DNA of 64,000 bases from Takakia lepidozioides (lineage: Eukaryota; Plantae; Bryophyta): positions 42,160,001 through 42,224,000 of the forward strand of contig CM060732.1 of assembly GCA_030704615.1 (NCBI GenBank), written 5' to 3'. Below the pieces are notes generated by a model. It was not told the origin of the DNA, did not search any database, and worked only from the letters and a program-made list of their open reading frames with translations. Below, piece after piece: positions 49,600 through 63,300 of the stretch; positions within the stretch are counted from its first letter, which is position 1, and the number at the start of each line of letters is the position of its first letter. The translations under genes and the position numbers were made by a program.

Positions 49600-51700
49600 C
49601 TCACTGAGTGAAGTAATTGAAACCATTGTCCACTTTTTAGCTTCATCCCTGCTTTGTAAAACAAGGGATTAACATGCTTTTGTTCTAGGACCGATGAATG
49701 CTTTGGGTAACAGTTAAGATAGCCTCACCTTATCAGACCTGTTGTTCCACCACTGCAACGGATCAGAGGTGATGTCCTGCCAAAGCCGTTCGATACTTAC
49801 AGCTTGACCTGCATCAAAACACCAGCAACACATAGATTTTCAGCAGATCCTAATTCTCTCTGGCTCTCTGGGCTCTCTCCACGCACAGCGTGACTGGCGG
49901 TGCCAATTGTCAGGGCTAGAGCAGCATTACCTTTTTCCCTGGTGCCAGGCCTATACCACCTCTTCTAACTGATTGTGCACAAGAGCTATGCCATTTATGT
50001 ACGCCTTCAGGGGAACAAAGCCCACCTTCAAGGATCTTTCTATGCCTATATTCACACACTGGCAAATTTGGCTCTGCACTGGTCCTGCTATAGGATTTGA
50101 GTCCTCGGCATGATAACCAGAACGCCCAGTAATGATTCCTACCCTGGGAGAAAGGGTCCATCGACGCAAGCTAGACATGTAAGGAGTCTCTTTCTCAATC
50201 ATTCCTCAGAGGACCATACTATACCAGAAGCTTCAAATATTCAGGAGGAATTGAAGCAGCTGATGGAGGAGAACTACGGTGTCGTGTATACTCACCAGCC
50301 GTTGTGAGACCAGGACAAGCCAATTTGAACCCAGATCGCTGCAAAAGCACACAATTCAGATAACCAGAAAACTGAGCAGATACTCAAATATATCCACCTC
50401 TGTTTGAAATCCAGGGAGAGTGGGGAGTCGGCAGAACCATCATTTGTAACCGTCTCAGCCCTTGCATTTGTCCATTTCAGCTCCACAGCCTGACCCGTCA
50501 ATCTGCTGCATGACACAACGCCTCCCACCCATTCCTCGGAAGGAAATGAGAGGGCCTTCAATGTTGCGTCAACCCGTACGCTCAGCAGCACGCTACCATC
50601 CCCGCGAGGGGAAACGCTGGAGTTGGACGGATGCGGAGCTGACATGGACATGGGCTGAGGTTAGCTTTTCAGGGGACACTTCATACTTTCAAACCAAGAA
50701 ATGCAGGGGGGAATCAACGACAGTTGCGAAATCTTTCGGGCCGTCACACATGGGCAAACGATCACCTGCAAACTCTATCTCACCTGAGGACGAGGGCTCA
50801 ACGCTGGCCAACGCATTCACTACTCTTGGCATTTTCGACCTTGCAAAGTTGCCCATCCAAAGAATTAGGGTTGATTTCGTTTCATGATTTGAAGGTTCCC
50901 CAGTGCCACGATGGCTTGAAATCTGTAGTAGTCCCCTTCGATCTCATTCGTGTTGCGGTTTTGTTGCTACTCGTTTCCTCTTTTCTTTTCGACAGCGTAC
51001 TCGGAGCAACTTCTGTTCGCGCAATCGGAAGACTTATCGAAGGCCCTGTCTTCTTGGGTGAAAGGGCGGGAGGCCTCACATCGTGCAGCAGATTAATGGA
51101 CCGGGCCGTGGAGCTGAACCCGGCGTCCACCTTGGCAACGCCGTGCCCGAGACCCTTGCAAGTGATGGTTGTGACGCCTCCTCAGCCTGCAGGGAGACTC
51201 AAGAAAGGTACATTCTGGTAGCCTCTTGCGCGGAGTGCTCCAGGACCCAGCTAGGGATTCACTTTGTGGGCATAAATGGGAATCTAGAGAAACGTGAGTG
51301 TAATCGTCAACAACAACGTTGTTCTCCTTCCACCAGGTTCTTTGTCAGAGTAAGATTATAGGGCTAGTGACCCGGATGTGACAGCAGTGTCGTGATTCCT
51401 TCAACGCAATGCCTGTCTCAATGAAGGATGGATAATGGCGGAGAAGGATGTTCTCATGGGCAGTTCCTACGAATATCGGCAATGAGAAACCCTTGAACAC
51501 ATGGTTCCTCTGGGATAGTAACCCCCTGGACCTTGTTGTGGATACCACAGGGAATTGAGTATTTGTGTAAGGGTGGGTAAACATCATGCCAGAAAATACT
51601 TTGTTGATTCTAACACTCGTTCTCCAGTCCCAGTCTGACACAGATGGGAACTGTGTTGGTGATGGCACTGCCAGTCACATCATGCTTGTGAAAGGGCAGA
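49600..51700 (-). mobile_element. Old LINE-like remnant (ORF1/endonuclease-like traces)
   Basis: Weak traces only: FSRFPF.. zinc-knuckle-like segment near 51230-51300, low-complexity S/P/K tract, GGIGL motif near 49950. Confidence 0.3.
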
Positions 51701-52333
51701 GAAAGATAGCAAGCAACCACGGTGGAGAACACAACAAAATACTGGAAAATCAGGCAACTGATTAGCACCTTGTGCAGGTGGTCTTGAGAAATAAATGCTC
51801 ATGCCAGGGCAATGTCATAAAAGAGAGGAGAGAGTGCGTGGATCCCTTGGTTCTCCGCTCCTGCTGGCCCAGTGGTTGGTTTGGGGCTATGGGGCTTTGG
51901 CTTTGTCCCTCTTTTCTCTATCTTTTCTGTTTTTAGTGCTGCGGCCCCTGTTGTTTGGCAAGGTTTATTTCTCCTTGCGCTTTGAATTCATTTTGGGGCC
52001 TCTGTCCCCTTCTGTTTATTATTCAAAAAAAGAGGGAGAGGAGAGTACTGGCCTCTCTCCCAATCCGAGGGTGTCCGAGGAGTAGTCCATGCTATATCTC
52101 GACTTCTTACATGGTACAAGCTGGGTACATCCTATGCTCATGGCATGTTGAGCCAATGCATGTTTTGATGTGGAGATTGTGTAACTGACTCTGATGATGG
52201 GAGTGATAACTGAGTTTGAATACCACCTCCTCACAGATGTGTCTTCTTATGTGGAGCTGACTGCATCTTCTTGAAGTTTGAGTGAGGCAAAATTCTCATG
52301 TTCTTGTAGTCTTACACAGGTCAAGCCATCACA

Positions 52334-55300
52334 GAACAGCTCTGGCAAGACTACTTCTCAGATCTTTCACAGTGGTGCACTATCAGGTTTGATAAGGTGA
52401 GGATATCTTGATTGAGGACGTTTAGGACATCTCATACATTGAGAATAAAGAGTACCAATTCTATCTGTTTGAGTTGGATACCTTGGATCATCAGCAAAAT
52501 AACGATGTATCTGCAGGACTAGTTTTGTAGACCTGCTAATATGTGGCCTGTCTTGATGAGAGTTTTGAGGTTCTGAGGAGATTTGAGATGTATTTTGGGA
52601 GTCTGACTTGAAAAGCTTATAGTAAGAGTCTTGAATCAGGCAGGATTGCAGGGTTGAATCAGATGCAATTGTTGGAACAAGCAGCAACAAGCCTGTCTTG
52701 ATCAGAAATCTGTCTTGAGGCCCTGAGGAGATTTGAGATATATTTTGGGAGTCTAGTTGGAAAACTCTATACTAAGGTTCTTGAATCAGACAGGATGGCA
52801 GGATTAGAACTTCCGCCATGATCACTCCTTTTGAAAGAGGAGCAAGGGAGCGGATTGTCAACAGCTTTTCTGGCACTTTTGAGGATGTGAGGACACTATG
52901 TAAGGCAGGAGAGCTGAAAGAGGCGCTGTACATTCTGAACAAACAAGACGTTTGGCCAGACTCGGATACTTATGTTTGTGTCTTGCGGGAGTGTATCAAA
53001 ACTAGAGACCTTGAAAGGGGAAAGCAGGTGCACACCCACATTATTCAAAGTAAATACACGCCGAACTTATTTGTACTTGACACCCTTGTCAACATGTATG
53101 TGAAGTGTGGAAGCGTGGTGGATGCACGCCATTTGTTTGACACAATCCCTAAACGTGATGTGTTTACATGGACTACGATGATGGCAGTATATGTGAAGTA
53201 TGGATGTGTTAGGGAGGCCTTTGAGGTCTATCAGCAAATGATGCAGGAAGGGATGACACCCAACAAGGTTACGTTCATTTCTGTTGCCAAGGCGTGTGCC
53301 AGTTTAGGAGACCTGGATAAGGGCAAGGAGGTCCATGCTAACATCGTCACGGCTGGAATCGTGTCAGATGTCATTCTTGGCACTGCCCTTGCTGCCATGT
53401 ATGTTAAATGTGGGAGCATAAGAAATGCACGTAGTGTGTTTGACACTATGGATGAACGAGATGTGGTCTCATAGAATGTGATGATCTCAGGATATGCTCA
53501 GCATGGATGGGGTAAGGAGGCTCTCCAATTGTATGAGCAAATGATACGGGAAGCAGTGATGCCCAGCAAGGTCACATTCATTTCCGTTGTCAATGCGTGT
53601 GCCAGCCTACGAGACTTGGAAAAGGGCAAAGAGGTCCATGCTGACATCATGAAAGCTGGAATTGCGTCTTTCATAACTTTGGAAAATACCCTTGTTAACA
53701 TGTATGCCAAATGTGGGCACATGAAAGGGGCATATTAAAGCTAGAGCTACACCGGATATGATAGTCGAGACCGCCCTTGTCAACATGTATGCCAAGTGTG
53801 GGCACATGGAGGATGCCCAACGAGTGTTCGACAATATGGTTCAACAAGATGTAATCTCCTGGAGTGCAATGATTGCTGGATATGCTCAGCAAGGGTGTGG
53901 TATGGAAGCCTTCAAGACCTATGAGCAAATGATTCGGGATGGTGTGGCGCCCAACAATGTTCTATTCATTTGCGTTCTCAATGCGTGTGCCAGCCTGGCA
54001 GACGTGGAAAAGGGCAAACAGGTCCATGCTGACATCATCAAAGCTGGAATTGCACCATATGTTGATTTGGATAATGCTCTTGTTAGTATGTATGCCAAAT
54101 GCAGGAGTACGGAGTATGCACGTCAAGTGTTTGACAATATGGCTCAACGAGATGTGGTCTCATGGAATGCAATGATCACAGGATATACTCAAAATGGTTT
54201 TGGTATGGAGGCTTTCAAAATGTACGAGACAATGATACGGGATGGAGTGACTCCCACGGAGGCCACATTCATTGGCGTCATTGATGCATGTGCAAACCTG
54301 GGATGCCTAGAAAAAGGCAAACAGGTCCATATGAACATTATCAAAGCTGGAATTGCATCATATCTTAATTTGGAGACAACCCTTCTCAATATGTATGCGA
54401 AATGCGGGAGCCTAAAGCATGCATTTCTAGTGTTCGACAACATGACTGAACGGGATGTGGTCTCATGGAATGCAATGATTGCAGGATATGCTCAGCATAA
54501 GTGTGGTATGGAGGCTTTTGAAACTTATGAGCAAATGATACGGGAAGGGGTGACACCCAACAAAGTCACATACATTTGCGTTGTCGATGCGTGTGCCAGC
54601 ATGGAAGCCTTGGAAAAGGGAAAAGAGGTCCATAGTCAAATCACGAATGCTGGCATTGTATCATGCATACATCTGGACAATACCCTCATCCACATGTATG
54701 CAAAATGTGGGAGCATACAGGATGCACGTCAAGTGTTCGACAATATTGCTCAAAGAAATGTGGTTTCATGGACTGTGATGATCGCAGCATATGCTCAGCA
54801 TGGGTGTGGTAGGGAGGCTGTGCAACTGTTTGACCAAATGCAACAGGAGGGGTTGAAACCGGACTGTATCAATCAGCATGTAACCATGTAGGTCTAGTGG
54901 ATGAAGACCGTCACTACTTTGATTCCATGGGTCAAGTCTATGGCCTCGCTCCATCAGTGCAGCATTTTGGCTGCATTGTGGGCCTTTTTGGCCGTGCAGG
55001 ACGATTCGATGAGGCAGAAAAGTTCATTAATGAAATGCAAATCCATCCAGATGCTTCAGTGTGGGGTGCCTTGCTTGGTGCTTGCCGGATTCATGGCAAT
55101 GTAGAGCTAGCAGAACATGCAGCCAAATGCCTGCTCAAGTTGAATCCACAGGATGCTGCAACTTATGTGGTGTTATCAAACATCTACGCAGCAGCTGGCA
55201 GGTGGGACGATACGGTGAAGGTGAGACAAATGATGCAGGACAGAGGTGTCAGAAAGGAAGGAGGAAGGATGCAGCTGCATTGAGGTTGGAAACAGGATGG

Positions 55301-55657
55301 ATGAATTCTAGCAGACAAATCACATCCACAGATTAGAGAATCATAGGCTGAGCTGCAGAGATTCTCTGGATGGATGAAGGAGGCTGGGCTGGGTATGAGC
55401 CTGACATGCACTTTGTATGTAAAGGAGGAGCAATAGGAATTTCACTAGAGTAAGCAGCCAGCCATTGCTTTTGCTCTGATCAGCACCTCCCCCCGCCCCC
55501 CCACCCCCCAAAGGACGCCCTTCTCTATTATCAAGAACCTCTGGGTGTGGGGTGACTGCCACATCGCCACCAAGTTCATTGTCAGGCAAGCAGTTGTTCA
55601 TACCAAGATACCAACCGCTTTCACCACTTCCAAGGTGCTGGTGGAGATTACTGGTGA
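52334..55657 (+). pseudogene. PDF-PLS-PPR-E-DYW RNA-editing-factor pseudogene
   Basis: Exon EQLWQDYFSDLSQWCTIRFDK|GT (52334-52396); PLS array 52818-54870 with TAG at 53472 and a deletion near 53735; E domains (54897-55260: GRAGRFDEAE...VWGALLGACRIHGN...YVVLSNIYAAAGRW); broken DYW domain (IIKNLWVWGDCH.ATKFI...RFHHF...DYW* ending 55657). Confidence 0.9.
52560..52815 (+). repeat. Tandem duplication, ~150-nt period
   Basis: CTGAGGAGATTTGAGAT.TATTTTGGGAGTCT...TCTTGAATCAG.CAGGAT.GCAGG occurs at ~52573 and ~52723. Confidence 0.7.
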
Positions 55658-55799
55658 AGCAAGCAATGCATGCGAAAAGGGAGACACAGCACCGGTCACC
55701 AAGAAGCTCCCAGCTCAACCAGGGTTTGTATTCCATGTCCCAGCTCTCCTCTTTTATCTTGAAATGTCTGTTGATAGTTACCAGGTCGGTGCCACCCGA

Positions 55800-55862
55800 T
55801 GAAAGCAATTTCCTTTCCTTGAGTTGTCATCACTGAAACTCAAGGAAAGGAAATTGCTTTCA
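55800..55862. repeat. Perfect 26-bp inverted repeat with 11-nt loop
   Basis: TGAAAGCAATTTCCTTTCCTTGAGTT (55800-55825) and AACTCAAGGAAAGGAAATTGCTTTCA (55837-55862). Confidence 0.9.
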
Positions 55863-57315
55863 CTGAAACTGTTTTCATGAGTTTGTAATTTTACTATGCA
55901 TCATGTGTAGCATTACTTAGGTCCAATGGAAGTAATATATGGTCGTCCAAGACCATTCTACAGAACCATTGTAAATATATGGACATATTAGGTCCTCTGA
56001 GGGGGTCAACATCTCTTGTTGGAAAAAATGTGAACAGCGCTGTCAACAAGGGAAATTAAGAGTGAACAGGTGTCACAGGTGTCAGAGACATCAGGCTGCT
56101 CACCATTGCTTGATCAGATTAGACTCATTGTCTTGGTTGATACTACATTGGTTGACTTGCAGAGAAGGGAATGCAGATCAGCAGGTTGAGGGTTGTATTT
56201 TAATTGGTGACCAACTCTTTTTCAGTGTAGTGCTCCATATTTTGTAGACAACTTCCTTGCTTTCCTCCTACTTTATTATCCTTGAGTTCACTAGTTCTCA
56301 AACTATACAAAATAGCACAGTAGCATTTTAGTGTTGTCGTCTTGTTCTTTCAATGGATTCCAGCACCAACCCTAGATAGGTCTATGTCTAAGTAAAGAAC
56401 AGTCTTTGACATGATGCTCAACTATATGAGGGTAGTACTGAAGAAGCAATTATTGACTATTCTCACTTTTGAATTTTTTCAATACTCAAATTTGAGGATA
56501 CTCAATGCTAAGACTGGCCTGCGAAGACCAAGCTAACTCTCTCTCTTGCACCCACGAGCTAACTTACAGAATTCAATATGCATATCAGGCCCAAGTTTGA
56601 TAAGAGGGCAAAATAGGCTGAAATAGGTTGAATCAGGAAATGAATCAGCGGGTTGTTAAGTCCAAGCTGATTCTCCCAAGAACCTTGTAAACATCAGGAA
56701 GAAGACCGTACTAACAGAAGCCAAAAGCCCACATTTGCAGGATGGACAAACTTCTTTACATCCTACAAAGTTTCTGGGAATACAGATTCATTACCATAAA
56801 ACCCCCTCAATGACAGAAAAATCACAATTTTGAAAAATGGTTGAGAAACATTATAGTCCTACTGACAAGTGACCTCATTGGTTCATAATTCATAACCGCA
56901 GATAACAGTTGGTATCATGTCAAACTTGCACATGGAAACCATTCAGTGAAAGTTCAAATTTCTTCCAATTGTGCAATACAGTGGCACATCCCTTGGGGAA
57001 CATACCCATGGGGAGATCTGTCAGATTGATAAAACTAACCTTACCAAAGATTAGCCTCTTCACAATTTACAGTTCGGACAGCCATTCCCACTAACCACAA
57101 ATTAGCAACAGATCTATGAGGGCTTCCCATTCAAGTAAACTCACTCTGCATGCCTTGAGCATCAATCAGCCACTAGTAGTGGTAAGTCAAATCTGTCAAC
57201 ATCCAAAGGCTCAAGTAGATAATGGAGTGGGCTGCCACACAATTGGAGAAGAGAGGGCCCCTGGTGATCTTGCAAACAGTTTAGTAACAGATTTCAAAAT
57301 TCAGGTCACTGGAAC

Positions 57316-60300
57316 TTACAAGCTGCGGTAGTCAATAACTGTAACTTCATCTTCAGGTGCATCAAGGTCGTGATAGCTGCATCCATTCAACACCCACCCA
57401 ACCATTGATTACAACACAGAAGCAAATTCATTGTACAGGTCATGCCGTACCCCAGCAAGGTCCTCTGGTGAAGAATGCTACCAAGTAGTGGATGAAGAAC
57501 AAGCAAGCTGGGTGTTTCCCGTTCTGCTATAAAGGAAGGAAGGAATGAAGTCCTTCAATTGGCGAAGGAAAGCCTGAATACTCCCGGCAAGATACTAGCT
57601 TGGTCCAGTGTCGAACCAAGAGGTTATCACCTTGGAAATGGTATGGATTCATGAATCCTTCTAGTCCAGTGGCAGCATGAGCAAGAGAGAGCAGAATGAA
57701 GAAAGAGATATTTGTTGCAAAATGTGCATTGAAAGTTTCAAGCTTTTCCCGCAGCAGTGCAATCATTGCCAAACCTGATGAGGGAGCGCGAAGCTTCAAC
57801 CCACCATTTGGGCTCATCTCGAAGACACAATTTTCCAAGTTTGGAGAGGGGTGGAAGAGGCCACTATGCAGATCAGTATCCTAGAGACCAGACAGAGAAA
57901 GAAAGCTGAGTCGAAGAGTTGTAGGCGGAGACTACAACGACCACCAAGCAGGTCTTAACAGATTATATAAGGAAGCGATGCTGGCGGGCTGTCAAGGGGT
58001 CGGAGGTCCAGGGATGATGAAAGTGAAATGAGGATTCGATCAACTCCCAGAGACCACTGGGGTCATAGCACAGTTAAGGCTTCAATCAAGTGAGCGACCT
58101 TCCATGCTTAGTGGCCATTCATCCAAGCCTCTTGAGAACAGCAGTTATCTCAAGGTAGCAGGGATAGCAACAAGCACGAAATCCACGATTGCTTCTGTCA
58201 GTGTGGTTTTCCATTCAAAGATGGATAGAGTGCACCCTTGAATCTTGAGTCAGTAGTGTGAGGGAACCCATATTTTCATATACGATCACCATTCAAGGGA
58301 GTTCCATGGATTGTTTGGCGTGGCAACCAGCGCTCTGCTTCCTGATGGCTATGAAGGCTCTACAATCAGTTTGCCGAGCAGGTATGAGTTGGTGTTTCAC
58401 AGGACTGGCTGCCTCTCAGGAGCGGGAATTCCAAACCTTCTTCAACTTTTCTGACCCCTTTCTGGGAAAGAGGACTGGATACAGGAGGAAGACGATCACA
58501 GCTCAGAAGATGATACCACAGCAGCAACGCCTCTGCCTGCTGACAGATACTCAAGGTTGCAGGCCACATACCAACTTGTGAATAAACCAGAGGCAAGTTA
58601 CCTGCTCTCTAGGGAATTCAGAACAGGTCACACTTCTGTTGGCAATTGTGGCAGTGCTCAGGGTAAGAAGTTTGAAAGGGAATGGAGGGGTGAATATGCT
58701 TCAAGTTATGGGAGAAAGGAGCCAGGGGCCCTTCCTATCTGGGCATGCCATAAAAAGGAGGGCAAGTGAGATCGTGCCACCCAGAGAATCCAGGCTGCAC
58801 CAGCCCAGATTGTGACTAGACAGATGTATGGGAGGCTCAATAAGGAAGTTGGGTGAACCCATGAGAAGAAAGACAGAGGGAGACGTGGACACTCATAGAT
58901 TTGCTAGTCAGGAATGACTCTGAAAGGGATGGGCGTGAGATTGCATCCTTGGACATTCAGGTGCCCTCTCTCCCCAACTGTCAATAGGCAATTACATGAG
59001 AGGGGGATGAAGAAGTAGAGGTTTACAGTGAGGTGGGGGAAGAGCAAGAGGGCATCTCTGTGCATAGTCATCTGGACTGCCATTTTAAAAGGTCCCGTAA
59101 GCATCCACATGTCACCACTGTGTTTGACGACCCCAGCAGGACCTTCTCTCGAATAATCAAGTTAGGTCATTTGAGCCAAATAAGCTTGTTACGGAGCTTC
59201 AGGTTTCATACCCAAGTCCGTGTCAAAAGATGGTTAAGCAGTCGACTATAATGGGTATACTCGCATGGTTCACCAGCATCCTGCCAAGAATGGCCAGCCA
59301 TGCACTGCTCATACATTAGCCTCACATGTTGACCCCAACTTCCGCAGTTCCAAAAACTTTCAACACCAGGGAAGTTTGACAGTTATTGTCCGTCATGATG
59401 TAGCTCACTGCTTCTACCCAAAAACATACTAGTAAACAAACCATGCAGCTCTTTGGTTGTCACAGATATCACATGCCTTGATTCATACCGGACAGGCTAG
59501 TTACATACAGAATGTGCTTGCAACTGGCATGAACCTCTGATTCAAATGAAAACGAGATGCACAGTGTAAACATCAGCTTACCTCCGAACATTGCGAGGGT
59601 CATGGCGAACTGCATGAAAAGGTGGCATAAGCATTGGGGGGGCATCCATTAGACCTCCAGCCATCATGGGCCCACCTGGACGTACTTTGCGGCCAAGTGG
59701 ACCTCCATTACCTTCCCCTTCGAATACTCCATCAAATGCACCAGGATGAAACTGTGGAGGGCCATCTCTGAAGTATTGCCTGGCCACTTCTGGAGGAGCT
59801 GGGACAAATGGACCTAATGGCCTGAAACACCAACCAAGGGTAAGAATGTAGGCACCTAAAAGTTCTCTCTCCCACCCACCCGCCAGACACCCTTAGGATT
59901 TGTATATTCACTCATATTGGACAGAGCATGTGAGCATGTCCATGAAAGAGAATGCAATCATAATCTGTTTGCCAAGTCCATGTTAGAGAGAGATGTGGCA
60001 TATACTGGCTTGGAATTTTCACATTGATTTACATACCCGGCACCAGGAACGGGCATGAGCACTGGGGGTGGTGGAGGCATATCCTGACCAAATGGACCAC
60101 CTGGTCGACCCCGCATCGGTGGTCCATTGAAATGGTCAAACATTGGAGGTTCTGATGGGCCTCCATCGAAAGGTCCCCCATGTGGTAGGACCCCTCCCTC
60201 ATAAGGGGGTGCACCAGACACCATAGGTGGGAAGTCGTGAGGAGGAGGTGAGAGTTCAGGTGCACCCCTGTCAAACCGCAACTCCTCTTCCCGACCTTCT

Positions 60301-63300
60301 CTGTCAAACCGCGCTTCCTCTTCCCGAACCCCACCACCACGGTCAAACCGCTCACCATCACGGGGGCCCAGTCTCCCATCACGTTGTGGGGGAAGACCAA
60401 CATTGGGTGGCATCCTATCCCCAGGCATTCGATCCCCAGGCCCAGGAGGGGCCACTGGAAGTCCAGGTCTCCGTCTTCGACCCCTGTCTCCTCTCTGGAA
60501 TCAAAGTTTAAATCTATTCAGTACATACGATTTTCTTTCTAAAACGTGAGCAAGAATTGTCCCTCAAAACACGTAAGAGTCTGTTTTTCTTCCGAGAAAC
60601 AGCTCTGTACATTAAAAAGTGGTTATACCTGTCCGGGTTGCGCGATACTTGCTTGAGTAGCACCAGGAGCGTCTGCATCACTGTCACAGGAGAAAAATGA
60701 TCAAATTTTTATACAGACGATGGAAAACAACAGCACAGTAGACAAACAGAATAACTGGAAGTTACAAGAATCTGTATAACTCACATCTGTAATAACGTAT
60801 TCTGCAGATCCATGCACACATAACCTTGAGGCCACTGTTCATTTGGCCAACAGATGAGACATCTTAAAGTTGACACTCCACCCACCCTACCGGAGTAGCA
60901 CCACAAAAGGCTGGGAAATGGACAGGGAGACCTATGAGTGTTAAATGCCGAAAAGACAAAAGAAAAAAATTCACACCCACCTCATATAGTTTTGGAAGTA
61001 GAGCTCCTCACGTGCCTTGGCCACTACATCACTTACCAAGTCAGAATGCTTCAACTTCAGATGCTTGTGTACATATTCAGGCCCATGGAACAACTTGGTG
61101 CATCCCTTGGCACCACAACCATATTTCCATCCATATTTCTCATCCCTTATTTTGCGTACAAAAGGGTCCAGTGCTTCATTGGCTGTTGTCTCCAACTTCT
61201 CCCTTCCTAGCATGGCCTCTATGAGGTCCCTACCCTGCAGCCGTGCTTGCCAAGTAGAATCCAACTTCTTTTCCCAGTCACCTAACCCAACTTCCTCCCC
61301 ACCATTTTTAAGCTCTGGACCCCTTATGTGCCGAAGGCGCCTCGGAGGTTCTTTGAGCTCTATCATCCCATAGTAGTCCATAGAATGTATGCGCCACAAG
61401 TAAGTAAGCATCACATCCATAAGCTCCAAGCCTTCCAACCCCTTCACCTGATTGGCCCCTCTCACGATAACGATAGGTCCAAGTGAGCCACTACTCAGTG
61501 ACCTCTCCCCTTCTGCATTCTGATTGTCTGCTGGTGAAAGAATATTCCCTTCAATCCCTTTCTCTGCATCCAATTTCTTGATAAGAGCTTGGGCCACTTC
61601 AATGTCCTTAGTTACTCTCTTTGGTTCAGAACTCCCAGAAGGTGCTTTAGGAGCTGCATTAATTTCCTGGGCTTTTGTAGGTCCCCGACCCTGTCTTCTT
61701 CTTTTGCCTCCAGTATCCCCATCATCCTCTGACATTGAATCATCTTTCATTGAAGAGCGTGCACTTGGTCCCCTGTAGATAGAACCACATTGAAAGCGTA
61801 CCAACAAGAGATTCGCTTAGAAGACCTTCTCTGCTTCAATCATCTCTACAGTTTAGTGCCTGGAGAGAGTCCATTCCTGTCATCGTAGATAGCTAGATTT
61901 CAACAGTACCTTTACACAACTTCCTTGATCCAGAACTCCAATTGAAAGTTTTGCTAAGAAACATGAACGAACTTAATATTGTCCACTTACACATCCAGAG
62001 TCCCGCCTTGAAGTTCTGTGATGAACTCCTTAGCCAGAATTTTTGCATTTTCATTCCTCCTGCACATTCCCAAGATAAGTACCCAGCCATCCAGAATCAC
62101 ATCATTGAGAAGACGAAGAGTGTCAAGCAGGGACATAAAAGCAGAGGGAGGAAAGTGCTCACCTTACTAAAACAGCCTCCAACCGTGACGGATCGTACTT
62201 CTCCCGCAACCTACAGACATAGACCGACATTCAATACCAAAAGCATCACACAAAATCGCAGGTTATCTCAAATATGTGAACCAAAAGCCTGATTCATAAC
62301 TGTAGTGTAAGCATATGCCAGGTTGCTAACCAGTCATCGTCCTTGTGCTGCTCAAAGAATGAACGCTTTTGCGTGGTGATAAACTCTGTCTTGTACTCCT
62401 CATACCTGCCAACAAAGTCCTCTTAACCCTTGAGAGTGTAATCCTTCCCAACTACACACGAAGCGAAAAAAAGAGTGGACTAAATATGCAAAGTAAGATA
62501 TTGCCTGATCCTCAGGCATGTGTGCAAAAATAGAGGGTGCACTAAGGTATTAGGGAGAAGAGGAAGCCAAAAGAAGGATACAACAAGTGAATGTGATAGC
62601 GCTAAAATCACCCCAGACAGACTGATGGACTGAAGGGAAGGGTAGAAAGAGAATTAACTGAGTGGGATTCTCTTTGCTTAACACTTCAGTAAATGCCTTC
62701 CACCAATTGACCCTTTCAAAAGCCGTTTATTTGGAGCATTATTGAGGATGGCGGAAAACTATTCACTTCAAAAAAGAGTATAAGATATCAAACTGACAGC
62801 ACCTGCGCTCAGCTTCTCCAGGCAAGATATCATCCTCCAGTTCCCCAATGAATTGCTTGTATGTCATCAACCCTTCTCTGCAAATAGCCATCAGTCAATA
62901 CCCCACTTCGTTTCTTGAGAAACTAGCCATTAAAACTTGTCATTGAATTTTAAAATATGTTGATGTTAAATATTCCATTTGTATGTCGAGATTCAACACT
63001 TTCTTTCTCTGACCTCCCTCTGATACAAAACGTCTTTGGCAACACAAATAGGCCTAACACCAACCACTCTCTATGGGAAAAGAAGCAGCTTAAAACATAC
63101 TCTGGTCTTTTCGGTATACTACATCTGTAGCTAAATCAATGCATCCCCTAATCCATGCAATGAGATGCAGTTGATGTAATCATTGATTTAAACTACATTT
63201 TCACGACATCTGCTGCATGATGAACTAGCAATATGGACTTCAAATAAAGGAGACAAACCTGCGAGGAGGTCCCCCACCGCCATATACATTCGAAGGATAG

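Noticed and set aside
55440-55480. DYW:KP (U-to-C editing) variant suggested by SKQPAIAFAL
   Set aside because: The domain is heavily mutated (stop, lost catalytic E and Cys), and P is one transition from the canonical L, so it cannot be assigned.
55800-55862. miRNA gene
   Set aside because: The hairpin alone is insufficient; it is short, perfect and explained by template switching.
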